Of a stretch of DNA of 64,000 nucleotides, positions 42,701 through 57,460 are shown piece by piece. The DNA is taken from NCBI RefSeq assembly GCF_009914755.1, contig NC_060939.1; one strand, written 5' to 3'. Source of the DNA: the human T2T-CHM13v2.0 reference genome, Homo sapiens. How positions within the stretch are numbered: position 1 is the first letter of the stretch; every line of letters begins with the position of its first letter. The translations under genes and the position numbers were made by a program. Under the pieces are notes generated by a model. The model did not search any database and was not told the origin of the DNA. It was given only the letters and a program-made list of their open reading frames with translations.

Positions 42701-45700
42701 AATCCATTCGATTCCATTCCATTCGATTCCATTCCATACTATTGCATTCCATTCGATTATATTATATTCGAATAAGTTCCATTCAAGACCATTTCTTTTG
42801 AGTCCATACTATTTGAGTCCATTCCCTTTGATTCCATAACATTTGAGTCCATTCAATTCCATTCCTTTCGTTTCCATTCCATTTGATGCCATTCCATTCA
42901 ATTCTGTTCTACTCGACTCCAATACATTCAATTCCATTCCATCCGATTCCATTACATTCTTTTCATTTCTTATCCATTTCAAGCCATTCCACTCAATTCC
43001 ATTCCACCCGTTTCCTTTCCATTCGAGTCCATTCCTCTCCAGTCCATTCCGTTCAATCCATTCCATTCCAGTCCATTCCATTCGAGTCCGTTCCATTCCA
43101 GTCCATTCCATTCGAGTCAATTCTATTCCATTCGATGTCTTTCCATAACGATCCATTCCATTCTATTCCTTTCGATTCCATTCCATTCGATTTCATTCCA
43201 TTCGATTCCCTTCCATTGGACTCCTTTCCATTCGAGTGCATTCCATTCCGTTCCATTTCTTTCCGTTCTGTACGATTCCTACCGTTTGATTTCATTTTGT
43301 TCCAGTCCATTCCTTACGCGTCCATTCCATTCAATTTCACTCCATTCGATTCCATTCCACTCGATTCCACTTCGTTCCATTTCATTGCATTCCATTCTAT
43401 TCAACTCTATTGCCTTCCATTCCATTCCATTCGATTACATTCCATGCGATTCCATTCGAAATCGAATCAATTACATTACAATCCATTACTATTGAGTCCG
43501 TTTTATTCCAGTCCACTGCATTCTGGTCCATTCCATTTGATTCCATTCCATTTTATTCCATTCCATACAGTTGCATTCCATTGGATTCCATGCTATATCT
43601 ATAAATTAAATTCGAGACCATTGCTTTTGAGTCCATTCTATATGATTCCATTCCATTCAAGTCCATTACATTTGGTTCAATTCCATTCCATTCCATTCCC
43701 TTCCATTCCATTCCATTTGATATCAATCCATTCGATTCCATTCCATTCGAGCACATTCCATTCGAGTCCATTCCATTCGATGCCATTCCATTTGATTCTA
43801 TTCCATTAGTCTCCATTCAATTCCATTAATCTCCATTCCATTCCATTCTACTCCAACTGATTCCATTCCATTATATTCCTTTCCATTCCATTTCATTCCA
43901 TTCCATTCCATTTCATTCCATTCCATTCCATTCGTGTCCATTCCACTCCAGTCCATTCCATTCGTGTCCATTCCATTACAGTCCATTCCATTTGTGTCCA
44001 CTGCATTCCATTCCACTCCATTCCATATTATTCCATTACACTCCATTCCATTCTATTACTTTCATTTCCATTCAATTCCATTCCATTTGATTCCATTCCA
44101 CTCGGTTTCATTCCATTTGAGTCCACTCAATTCCATTCCATTCCATTCCATTCAGTTCCATTCCATTCTGTTCCATTCCATTCCGTTCCATTACATTCCA
44201 TTCCATTCGGTACCATTCAATATTGTTCCATTCGATTCCATTCGAATCCATTCCATTCCAGTCCATTCCATTCGATTCCATTCCATTCATTTCAATTCCA
44301 TTCCATTCCATTCCATTCCATTACATTCCACTTGATTCCTCTCCATTCCCTTCCACTGCATTCCGTTCGATTCCATTCCATTGCATTGCATTCCATTCCA
44401 TTGGACTGCATTCCATTCGATTCCATTCCATTCGAATCAATTACATAGCAATCCATTACATTCGAGTCTATTCTATTCCGTTCCATTCGATTTCGTTCCA
44501 TTCCATTCGATTCCATTCCATTCGATTCCATTCCATACTATTGCATTCCATTCGATTACATTATATTCGAATAAGTTCCATTCAAGACCATTTCTTTTGA
44601 GTCCATTCCCTTTGATTCCATAACATTTGAGTCCATTCAATTCCATTCCTTTCGTTTCCATTCCATTTGATGCCATTCCATTCAATTCTGTTCTACTCGA
44701 CTCCAATACATTCAATTCCATTCCATCCGATTCCATTACATTCTTTTCATTTCTTATCCATTTCAAGCCATTCCACTCCATTCCATTCCACTCGTTTCCT
44801 TTCCATTCGAGTCCATTCCTCTCCAGTCCATTCCGTTCAATCCATTCCATTCCAGTCCATTCCATTCGTGTCCGTTCCATTCCAGTCCATTCCATTCGAG
44901 TCAATTCCATTCCATTCGATGTCTTTCCATAACGATCCATTCCATTCTATTCCTTTCGATTCCATTCCATTCTATTTCATTCCATTCGATTCCCTTCCAT
45001 TGGACTCCTTTCCATTCGAGTGCATTCCATTCCGTTCCATTTCTTTCCGTTCTGTACGATTCCTACCGTTCGATTTCATTTTGTTCCAGTCCATTCCTTT
45101 CGCGTCCATTCCATTCCATTTCACTCCATTCGATTCCATTCCACTCGATTCCACTTCGTTCCATTTCATTGCATTCCATTCTATTCAACTCTATTGCCTT
45201 CCATTCCATTCCATTCGATTACATTCCATGCGATTCCATTCGAAATCGAATCAATTACATTGCAATCCATTACAATTGAGTCCGTTTTATTCCAGTCCAC
45301 TGCATTCTGGTCCATTCCATTTGATTCCATTCCATTCTATTCCATTCCATACAGTTGCATTCCTTTGGATTCCATGCTATATATATAAATTCAATTCGAG
45401 ACCATTGCTTTTGAGTCCATTCTATATGATTCCATTCCATTCAAGTCCATTACATTTGGTTCAATTCCATTCCATTCCATTCCCTTCCATTCCATTCCAG
45501 TTGATATCAATCCATTCGATTCCATTCCATTCGAGCACATTCCATTCGAGTCCATTCCATTCGATGCCATTCCATTTGATTCTATTCCATTAGTCTCCAT
45601 TCAATTCCATTAATCTCCATTCCATTCCATTCTACTCCAACTGATTCCATTCCATTCTATTCCTTTCCATTCCATTTCATTCCATTCCATTCCATTTCAT

Positions 45701-48450
45701 TCCATTCCATTCCATTCGTGTCCATTCCACTCCAGTCCATTCCATTCGTGTCCATTCCATTCCAGTCCATTCCATTTGTGTCCACTGCATTCCATTCCAC
45801 TCCATTCCATATTATTCCATTACACTCCATTCCATTCTATTACTTTCATTTCCATTCAATTCCATTCCATTTGATTCCATTCCACTCGGTTTCATTCCAT
45901 TTGAGTCCACTCCATTCCATTCCATTCCATTCAGTTCCATTACATTCCATTCCATTCGGTACCATTCCATATTGTTCCATTCGATTCCATTCGAATCCAT
46001 TCCATTCCAGTCCATTCCATTCGATTCCATTCCATTCATTTCAATTCCATTCCATTCCATTCCATTACATTCCACTTGATTCCTCTCCATTCCCTTCCAC
46101 TGCATTCCGTTCGATTCCATTCCATTGCATTGCATTCCATTCCATTGGATTGCATTCCATTCGATTCCATTCCATTCGAATCAATTACATAGCAATCCAT
46201 TACATTCGAGTCTATTCTATTCCGTTCCATTCGATTTTGTTCCAATCCATTCGATTCCATTCCATTCGATTCCATTCCATACTATTGCATTCCATTCGAT
46301 TACATTATATTCGAATAAGTTCCATTCAAGACCATTTCTTTTGAGTCCATTCTATTTGAGTCCATTCCCTTTGATTCCATAACATTTGAGTCCATTCAAT
46401 TCCATTCCTTTCGTTTCCATTCCATTTGATGCCATTCCATTCAATTCTGTTCTACTCGACTCCAATACATTCAATTCCATTCCATCCGATTCCATTACAT
46501 TCTTTTCATTTCTTATCCATTTCAAGCCATTCCACTCCATTCCATTCCACTCGTTTCCTTTCCATTCGAGTCCATTCCTCTCCAGTCCATTCCGTTCAAT
46601 CCATTCCATTCCAGTCCATTCCATTCGAGTCCGTTCCATTCCAGTCCATTCCATTCGAGTCAATTCCATTCCATTCGATGTCTTTCCATAACGATCCATT
46701 CCATTCTATTCCTTTCGATTCCATTCCATTCTCTTTCATTCCATTCGATTCCCTTCCATTGGACTCCTTTCCATTCGAGTGCATTCCATTCCGTTCCATT
46801 TCTTTCCGTTCTGTACGATTCCTACCGTTCGATTTCATTTTGTTCCAGTCCATTCCTTTCGCGTCCATTCCATTCCATTTCACTCCATTCGATTCCATTC
46901 CACTCGATTCCACTTTGTTCCATTTCATTGCATTCCATTCTATTCAACTCTATTGCCTTCCATTCCATTCCATTCGATTACATTCCATGCGATTCCATTC
47001 GAAATCGAATCAATTACATTGCAATCCATTACTATTGAGTCCGTTTTATTCCAGTCCACTGCATTCTGGTCCATTCCATTTGATTCCATTCCATTCTATT
47101 CCATTCCATACAGTTGCATTCCATTGGATTCCATTCTATATCTATAAATTCAATTCGAGACCATTGCTTTTGAGTCCATTCTATATGATTCCATTCCATT
47201 CAAGTCCATTACATTTGGTTCAATTCCATTCCATTCCATTCCCTTCCATTCCATTCCAGTTGATATCAATCCATTCGATTCCATTCCATTCGAGCACATT
47301 CCATTCGAGTCCATTCCATTCGATGCCATTCCATTTGATTCTATTCCATTAGTCTCCATTCAATTCCATTAATCTCCATTCCATTCCATTCTACTCCAAC
47401 TGATTCCATTCCATTCTATTCCTTTCCATTCCATTTCATTCCATTCCATTCCATTTCATTCCATTCCATTCGTGTCCATTCCACTCCAGTCCATTCCATT
47501 CGTGTCCATTCCATTCCAGTCCATTCCTTTTGTGTCCACTGCATTCCATTCCACTCCATTCCATATTATTCCATTACACTCCATTCCATTCTATTACTTT
47601 CATTTCCATTCAATTCCATTCCATTTGATTCCATTCCACTCGGTTTCATTCCATTTGAGTCCACTCCATTCCATTCCATTCCATTCCATTCAGTTCCATT
47701 CCATTCTGTTCCATTCCATTCCGTTCCATTCGGTACCATTCCATAGTATTCCATTCGATTCCATTCGAATCCATTCTATTCCAGTCCTTTCCATTCGATT
47801 CCATTCCATTCATTTCAATTCCATTCCATTCCATTCCATTCCATTCCACTTGATTCCTCTCCATTCCCTTCCACTGCATTCCGTTCGATTCCATTCCATT
47901 GCCTTGCATTCCATTCCATTGGATTGCATTCCATTCGATTCCATTCCATTCGAATCAATTACATAGCAATCCATTACATTCGAGTCTATTCTCTTCCGTT
48001 CCATTCGATTTCGTTCCAATCCATTCGATTCCATTCCATTCGATTCCATTCCATACTATTGCATTCCATTCGATTACATTATATTCGAATAAGTTCCATT
48101 CAAGACCATTTCTTTTGAGTCCATTCTATTTGAGTCCATTCCCTTTGATTCCATAACATTTGAGTCCATTCAATTCCATTCCTTTCGTTTCCATTCCATT
48201 TGATGCCATTCCATTCAATTCTGTTCTACTCGACTCCAATACATTCAATTCCATTCCATCCGATTCCATTACATTCTTTTCATTTCTTATCCATTTCAAG
48301 CCATTCCACTCCATTCCATTCCACTCGTTTCCTTTCCATTCGAGTCCATTCCTCTCCAGTCCATTCCGTTCAATCCATTCCATTCCAGTCCATTCCATTC
48401 GTGTCCGTTCCATTCCAGTCCATTCCATTCGAGTCAATTCCATTCCATTC
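36800..48450 (+). repeat. Segmental duplication at 8,940-bp offset (five units): ~36.8-39.5 kb copied at ~45.7-48.4 kb
   Basis: Shared rare variants at exactly 8940 bp: a 35-bp deletion before KpnI (~36991/45931), tcgattttgt (37291/46231), ctctttcatt (37791/46731), cactttgttc (37971/46911), atagtatt (~38793/47733), gccttgc (38961/47901) and gtgtccgttc (39461/48401). Confidence 0.88.
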
Positions 48451-51400
48451 GATGTCTTTCCATAACGATCCATTCCATTCTATTCCTTTCGATTCCATTC
48501 CATTCTATTTCATTCCATTCGATTCCCTTCCATTGGACTCCTTTCCATTCGAGTGCATTCCATTCCGTTCCATTTCTTTCCGTTCTGTACGATTCCTACC
48601 GTTCGATTTCATTTTGTTCCAGTCCATTCCTTTCGCGTCCATTCCATTCCATTTCACTCCATTCGATTCCATTCCACTCGATTCCACTTCGTTCCATTTC
48701 ATTGCATTCCATTCTATTCAACTCTATTGCCTTCCATTCCATTCCATTCGATTACATTCCATGCGATTCCATTCGAAATCGAATCAATTACATTGCAATC
48801 CATTACAATTGAGTCCGTTTTATTCCAGTCCACTGCATTCTGGTCCATTCCATTTGATTCCATTCCATTCTATTCCATTCCATACAGTTGCATTCCTTTG
48901 GATTCCATGCTATATATATAAATTCAATTCGAGACCATTGCTTTTGAGTCCATTCTATATGATTCCATTCCATTCAAGTCCATTACATTTGGTTCAATTC
49001 CATTCCATTCCATTCCCTTCCATTCCATTCCAGTTGATATCAATCCATTCGAGCACATTCCATTCGAGTCCATTCCATTCGATGCCATTCCATTTGATTC
49101 TATTCCATTAGTCTCCATTCAATTCCATTAATCTCCATTCCATTCCATTCTACTCCAACTGATTCCATTCCATTCTATTCCTTTCCATTCCATTTCATTC
49201 CATTCCATTCCATTTCATTCCATTCCATTCCATTCGTGTCCATTCCACTCCAGTCCATTACATTCGTGTCCATTCCATTCCAGTCCATTCCATTTGTGTC
49301 CACTGCATTCCATTCCACTCCATTCCATATTATTCCATTACACTCCATTCCATTCTATTACTTTCATTTCCATTCAATTCCATTCCATTTGATTCCATTC
49401 CACTCGGTTTCATTCCATTTGAGTCCACTCCATTCCATTCCATTCCATTCCATTCAGTTCCATTCCATTCTGTTCCATTCCATTCCATTCCATTCGGTAC
49501 CATTCCATAGTGTTCCATTCGATTCCATTCGAATCCATTCCATTCCAGTCCTTTCCATTCGATTCCATTCCATTCATATCAATTCCATTCCATTCCATTC
49601 CATTCCATTCCATTCCATTCTATTCCACTTGATTCCTCTCCATTCCCTTCCACTGCATTCCGTTCGATTCCATTCCATTGCATTGCATTCCATTCCATTG
49701 GATTGCATTCCATTCGATTCCATTCCATTCGAATCAATTACATTGCAATCCATTACATTCGAGTCTATTCTCTTCCGTTCCATTCGATTTCGTTCCAATC
49801 CATTCGATTCCATTCCATTCGATTCCATTCCATACTATTGCATTCCATTCGATTAAATTATATTCGAATAAGTTCCATTCAAGACCATTTCTTTTGAGTC
49901 CATTCTATTTGAGTCCATTCCCTTTGATTCCATAACATTTGAGTCCATTCAATTCCATTCCTTTCGTTTCCATTCCATTTGATGCCATTCCATTCAATTC
50001 TGTTCTACTCGACTCCAATACATTCAATTCCATTCCATCCGATTCCATTACATTCTTTTCATTTCTTATCCATTTCAAGCCATTCCACTCCATTCCATTC
50101 CACTCGTTTCCTTTCCATTCGAGTCCATTCCTCTCCAGTCCATTCCGTTCAATCCATTCCATTCCAGTCCATTCCATTCGAGTCCGTTCCATTCCAGTCC
50201 ATTCCATTCGTGTCAATTCCATTCCATTCGATGTCTTTCCATAACGATCCATTCCATTCTATTCCTTTCGATTCCATTCCATTCTATTTCATTCCATTCG
50301 ATTCCCTTCCATTGGACTCCTTTCCATTCGAGTGCATTCCATTCCGTTCCATTTCTTTCCGTTCTGTACGATTCCTACCGTTCGATTTCATTTTGTTCCA
50401 GTCCATTCCTTTCGCGTCCATTCCATTCCATTTCACTCCATTCGATTCCATTCCACTCGATTCCACTTCGTTCCATTTCATTGCATTCCATTCTATTCAA
50501 CTCTATTGCCTTCCATTCCATTCCATTCGATTACATTCCATGCGATTCCATTCGAAATCGAATCAATTACATTGCAATCCATTACAATTGAGTCCGTTTT
50601 ATTCCAGTCCACTGCATTCTGGTCCATTCCATTTGATTCCATTCCATTCTATTCCATTCCATACAGTTGCATTCCTTTGGATTCCATGCTATATATATAA
50701 ATTCAATTCGAGACCATTGCTTTTGAGTCCATTCTATATGATTCCATTCCATTCAAGTCCATTACATTTGGTTCAATTCCATTCCATTCCATTCCCTTCC
50801 ATTCCATTCCAGTTGATATCAATCCATTCGATTCCATTCCATTCGAGCACATTCCATTCGAGTCCATTCCATTCGATGCCATTCCATTTGATTCTATTCC
50901 ATTAGTCTCCATTCAATTCCATTAATCTCCATTCCATTCCATTCTACTCCAACTGATTCCATTCCATTCTATTCCTTTCCATTCCATTTCATTCCATTCC
51001 ATTCCATTTCATTCCATTCCATTCCATTCGTGTCCATTCCACTCCAGTCCATTCCATTCGTGTCCATTCCATTCCAGTCCATTCCATTTGTGTCCACTGC
51101 ATTCCATTCCACTCCATTCCATATTATTCCATTACACTCCATTCCATTCTATTACTTTCATTTCCATTCAATTCCATTCCATTTGATTCCATTCCACTCG
51201 GTTTCATTCCATTTGAGTCCACTCCATTCCATTCCATTCCATTCAGTTCCATTACATTCCATTCCATTCGGTACCATTCCATATTGTTCCATTCGATTCC
51301 ATTCGAATCCATTCCATTCCAGTCCATTCCATTCCATTCCATTCCATTCAGTTCCATTCCATTCTGTTCCATTCCATTCCGTTCCATTCGGTACCATTCC

Positions 51401-54400
51401 ATAGTGTTCCATTCGATTCCATTCGAATCCATTCTATTCCAGTCCTTTCCATTCGATTCCATTCCATTCATTTCAATTCCATTCCATTCCATTCCATTCC
51501 ATTCCACTTGATTCCTCTCCATTCCCTTCCACTGCATTCCGTTCGATTCCATTCCATTGCCTTGCATTCCATTCCATTGGATTGCATTCCATTCGATTCC
51601 ATTCCATTCGAATCAATTACATAGCAATCCATTACATTCGAGTCTATTCTCTTCCGTTCCATTCGATTTCGTTCCAATCCATTCGATTCCATTCCATTCG
51701 ATTCCATTCCATACTATTGCATTCCATTCGATTACATTATATTCGAATAAGTTCCATTCAAGACCATTTCTTTTGAGTCCATTCTATTTGAGTCCATTCC
51801 CTTTGATTCCATAACATTTGAGTCCATTCAATTCCATTCCTTTCGTTTGCATTCCATTTGATGCCATTCCATTCAATTCTGTTCTACTCGACTCCAATAC
51901 ATTCAATTCCATTCCATCCGAGTCCATTACATTCTTTTCATTTCTTATCCATTTCAAGCCATTCCACTCCATTCCATTCCACTCGTTTCCTTTCCATTCG
52001 AGTCCATTCCTCTCCAGTCCATTCCGTTCAATCCATTCCATTCCAGTCAATTCCATTCGAGTCCGTTCCATTCCAGTCCATTCCATTCGAGTCAATTCCA
52101 TTCCATTCGATGTCTTTCCATAACGATCCATTCCATTCTATTCCTTTCGATTCCATTCCATTCTATTTCATTCCATTCGATTCCCTTCCATTGGACTCCT
52201 TTCCATTCGAGTGCATTCCATTCCGTTCCATTTCTTTCCGTTCTGTACGATTCCTACCTTTCGATTTCATTTTGTTCCAGTCCATTCCTTTCGCGTCCAT
52301 TCCATTCCATTTCACTCCATTCGATTCCATTCCACTCGATTCCACTTCGTTCCATTTCATTGCATTCCATTCTATTCAACTCTATTGCCTTCCATTCCAT
52401 TCCATTCGATTACATTCCATGCGATTCCATTCGAAATCGAATCAATTACATTGCAATCCATTACTATTGAGTCCATTTTATTCCAGTCCACTGCATTCTG
52501 GTCCATTCCATTTGATTCCATTCCATTCTATTCCATTCCATACAGTTGCATTCCATTGGATTCCATTCTATATCTATAAATTCAATTCGAGACCATTGCT
52601 TTTGAATCCATTCCATATGATTCCATTCCATTCAAGTCCATTACATTTGATTCAATTCCATTCCATTCCATTCCCTTCCATTCCATTCCAGTTGATATCA
52701 ATCCATTCGATTCCATTCCATTCGAGCACATTCCATTTGAGTCCATTCCATTCGATGCCATTCCATTTGATTCTATTCCATTAGTCTCCATTCAATTCCA
52801 TTAATCTCCATTCCATTCCATTCTACTCCAACTGATTCCATTCCATTCTATTCCTTTCCATTCCATTTCATTCCATTCCATTCCATTTCATTCCATTCCA
52901 TTCCATTCGCTTCCATTCCATTCGTGTCCATTCCACTCCAGTCCATTCCATTCGTGTCCATTCCATTCCAGTCCATTCCATTTGTGTCCACTGCGTTCCA
53001 TTCCACTCCATTCCATATTATTCCATTACACTCCATTCCATTCTATTACTTTCATTTCCATTCAATTCCATTCCATTTGATTCCATTCCACTCGGTTTCA
53101 TTCCATTTGAGTCCACTCCATTCCATTCCATTCCATTCCATTCAGTTCCATTCCATTCCGTTCCATTCCATTCCGTTCCATTGCATTTCATTCCATTCGG
53201 TACCATTCCATATTGTTCCATTCGATTCCATTCGAATCCATTCCATTCCAGTCCATTCCATTCGATTCCATTCCATTCCTTTCAATTCCATTCCATTCCA
53301 TTCCATTCCACTTGATTCCACTCCATTCCCTTCCACTGCATTCCATTCGATTCCATTCCATTGCATTGCATTCCATTCCATTGGACTGCATTCCATTCGA
53401 TTCCATTCCATTTGAATCAATTACATAGCAATCCATTACATTCGAGTCTATTCTATTCCGTTCCATTCGATTTCGTTCCAATCCATTCGATTCCATTCCA
53501 TTCGATTCCATTCCATACTATTGCATTCCATTCGATTACATTATATTCGAATAAGTTCCATTCAAGACCATTTCTTTTGAGTCCATTCTATTTGAGTCCA
53601 TTCCCTTTGATTCCATAACATTTGAGTCCATTCAATTCCATTCCTTTCGTTTGCATTCCATTTGATGCCATTCCATTCAATTCTGTTCTACTCGACTCCA
53701 ATACATTCAATTCCATTCCATCCGATTCCATTACATTCTTTTCATTTCTTATCCATTTCAAGCCATTCCACTCCATTCCATTCCACTCGTTTCCTTTCCA
53801 TTCGAGTCCATTCCTCTCCAGTCCATTCCGTTCAATCCATTCCATTCCAGTCCATTCCATACGAGTCCGTTCCATTCCAGTCCATTCCATTCGAGTCAAT
53901 TCCATTCCATTCGATGTCTTTCCATAACGATCCATTCCATTCTATTCCTTTCGATTCCATTCCATTCTATTTCATTCCATTCGATTCCCTTCCATTGGAC
54001 TCCTTTCCATTCGAGTGCATTCCATTCCTTTCCATTTCTTTCCGTTCTGTACGATTCCTACCGTTCGATTTCATTTTGTTCCAGTCTATTCCTTTCGCGT
54101 CCATTCCATTCCATTTCACTCCATTCGATTCCATTCCACTCGATTCCACTTCGTTCCATTTCATTGCATTCCATTCTATTCAACTCTATTGCCTTCCATT
54201 CCATTCCATTCGATTACATTCCATGCGATTCCATTCGAAATCGAATCAATTACATTGCAATCCATTACTATTGAGTCCGTTTTATTCCAGTCCACTGCAT
54301 TCTGGTCCATTCCATTTGATTCCATTCCATTCTATTCCATTCCATACAGTTGCATTCCATTGGATTCCATGCTATATCTATAAATTCAATTCGAGACCAT

Positions 54401-57400
54401 TGCTTTTGAGTCCATTCTATATGATTCCATTCCATTCAAGTCCATTACATTTGGTTCAATTCCATTCCATTCCATTCCCTTCCATTCCATTCCAGTTGAT
54501 ATCAATCCATTCGATTCCATTCCATTCGAGCACATTCCATTCGAGTCCATTCCATTCGATGCCATTCCATTTGATTCTATTCCATTAGTCTCCATTCAAT
54601 TCCATTAATCTCCATTCCATTCCATTCTACTCCAACTGATTCCATTCCATTCTATTCCTTTCCATTCCATTTCATTCCATTCCATTCCATTTCATTCCAT
54701 TCCATTCCATTCGCTTCCAATCCATTCGCTTCCATTCCATTCGTGTCCATTCCACTCCAGTCCATTCCATTCGTGTCCATTCCATTCCAGTCCATTCCAT
54801 TTGTGTCCACTGCATTCCATTCCACTCCATTCCATATTATTCCATTACACTCCATTCCATTCTATTACTTTCATTTCCATTCAATTCCATTCCATTTGAT
54901 TCCATTCCACTCGGTTTCATTCCATTTGAGTCCACTCCATTCCATTCCATTCCATTCCATTCAGTTCCATTCCATTCTGTTCCATTCCATTCCGTTCCAT
55001 TGCATTCCATTCCATTCGGTACCATTCCATATTGTTCCATTCGATTCCATTCGAATCCATTCCATTCCAGTCCATTCCATTCGATTCCATTCCATTCCTT
55101 TCAATTCCATTCCATTCCATTCCATTCCACTTGATTCCACTCCATTCCCTTCCACTGCATTCCATTCGATTCCATTCCATTGCATTGCATTCCATTCCAT
55201 TGGACTGCATTCCATTCGATTCCATTCCATTCGAATCAATTACATAGCAATCCATTACATTCGAGTCTATTCTATTCCGTTCCATTCGATTTCGTTCCAA
55301 TCCATTCGATTCCATTCCATTCGATTCCATTCCATACTATTGCATTCCATTCGATTATATTATATTCGAATAAGTTCCATTCAAGACCATTTCTTTTGAG
55401 TCCATACTATTTGAGTCCATTCCCTTTGATTCCATAACATTTGAGTCCATTCAATTCCATTCCTTTCGTTTCCATTCCATTTGATGCCATTCCATTCAAT
55501 TCTGTTCTACTCGACTCCAATACATTCAATTCCATTCCATCCGATTCCATTACATTCTTTTCATTTCTTATCCATTTCAAGCCATTCCACTCAATTCCAT
55601 TCCACCCGTTTCCTTTCCATTCGAGTCCATTCCTCTCCAGTCCATTCCGTTCAATCCATTCCATTCCAGTCCATTCCATTCGAGTCCGTTCCATTCCAGT
55701 CCATTCCATTCGAGTCAATTCCATTCCATTCGATGTCTTTCCATAACGATCCATTCCATTCTATTCCTTTCGATTCCATTCCATTCTATTTCATTCCATT
55801 CGATTCCCTTCCATTGGACTCCTTTCCATTCGAGTGCATTCCATTCCGTTCCATTTCTTTCCGTTCTGTACGATTCCTACCGTTTGATTTCATTTTGTTC
55901 CAGTCCATTCCTTACGCGTCCATTCCATTCAATTTCACTCCATTCGATTCCATTCCACTCGATTCCACTTCGTTCCATTTCATTGCATTCCATTCTATTC
56001 AACTCTATTGCCTTCCATTCCATTCCATTCGATTACATTCCATGCGATTCCATTCGAAATCGAATCAATTACATTGCAATCCATTACTATTGAGTCCGTT
56101 TTATTCCAGTCCACTGCATTCTGGTCCATTCCATTTGATTCCATTCCATTTTATTCCATTCCATACAGTTGCATTCCATTGGATTCCATGCTATATCTAT
56201 AAATTAAATTCGAGACCATTGCTTTTGAGTCCATTCTATATGATTCCATTCCATTCAAGTCCATTACATTTGGTTCAATTCCATTCCATTCCATTCCCTT
56301 CCATTCCATTCCATTTGATATCAATCCATTCGATTCCATTCCATTCGAGCACATTCCATTCGAGTCCATTCCATTCGATGCCATTCCATTTGATTCTATT
56401 CCATTAGTCTCCATTCAATTCCATTAATCTCCATTCCATTCCATTCTACTCCAACTGATTCCATTCCATTATATTCCTTTCCATTCCATTTCATTCCATT
56501 CCATTCCATTTCATTCCATTCCATTCCATTCGTGTCCATTCCACTCCAGTCCATTCCATTCGTGTCCATTCCATTCCAGTCCATTCCATTTGTGTCCACT
56601 GCATTCCATTCCACTCCATTCCATATTATTCCATTACACTCCATTCCATTCTATTACTTTCATTTCCATTCAATTCCATTCCATTTGATTCCATTCCACT
56701 CGGTTTCATTCCATTTGAGTCCACTCAATTCCATTCCATTCCATTCCATTCAGTTCCATTCCATTCTGTTCCATTCCATTCCGTTCCATTACATTCCATT
56801 CCATTCGGTACCATTCAATATTGTTCCATTCGATTCCATTCGAATCCATTCCATTCCAATCCATTCCATTCGATTCCATTCCATTCATTTCAATTCCATT
56901 CCATTCCATTCCATTCCATTACATTCCACTTGATTCCTCTCCATTCCCTTCCACTGCATTCCGTTCGATTCCATTCCATTGCATTGCATTCCATTCCATT
57001 GGACTGCATTCCATTCGATTCCATTCCATTCGAATCAATTACATAGCAATCCATTACATTCGAGTCTATTCTATTCCGTTCCATTCGATTTCGTTCCATT
57101 CCATTCGATTCCATTCCATTCGATTCCATTCCATACTATTGCATTCCATTCGATTACATTATATTCGAATAAGTTCCATTCAAGACCATTTCTTTTGAGT
57201 CCATTCCCTTTGATTCCATAACATTTGAGTCCATTCAATTCCATTCCTTTCGTTTCCATTCCATTTGATGCCATTCCATTCAATTCTGTTCTACTCGACT
57301 CCAATACATTCAATTCCATTCCATCCGATTCCATTACATTCTTTTCATTTCTTATCCATTTCAAGCCATTCCACTCCATTCCATTCCACTCGTTTCCTTT

Positions 57401-57460
57401 CCATTCGAGTCCATTCCTCTCCAGTCCATTCCGTTCAATCCATTCCATTCCAGTCCATTC
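38727..57460 (+). repeat. Segmental duplication at 12,598-bp offset: ~38.7-44.9 kb copied at ~51.3-57.5 kb
   Basis: Unit-length series 1804-1819-1784 is repeated (anchors 39260/51858, 41064/53662, 42883/55481, 44667/57265). Shared variants: actgcgttcc, atacgagtcc, doubled CGCTTCCATTCCATT, tccatactatttgag, ccacccgtt, ACGCGT (43316/55914), aaattaaattcg and a 15-bp deletion (~44600/57198). Confidence 0.92.
51240..51440 (+). repeat. Chimeric 1,879-bp unit with a ~120-bp internal tandem duplication containing two KpnI sites
   Basis: GGTACC at 51270 and 51390. The segment cagttcc...ggtaccattccata..gttccattcgattccattcgaatcc occurs twice, and each copy carries the variants of a different unit type. 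Confidence 0.92.
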
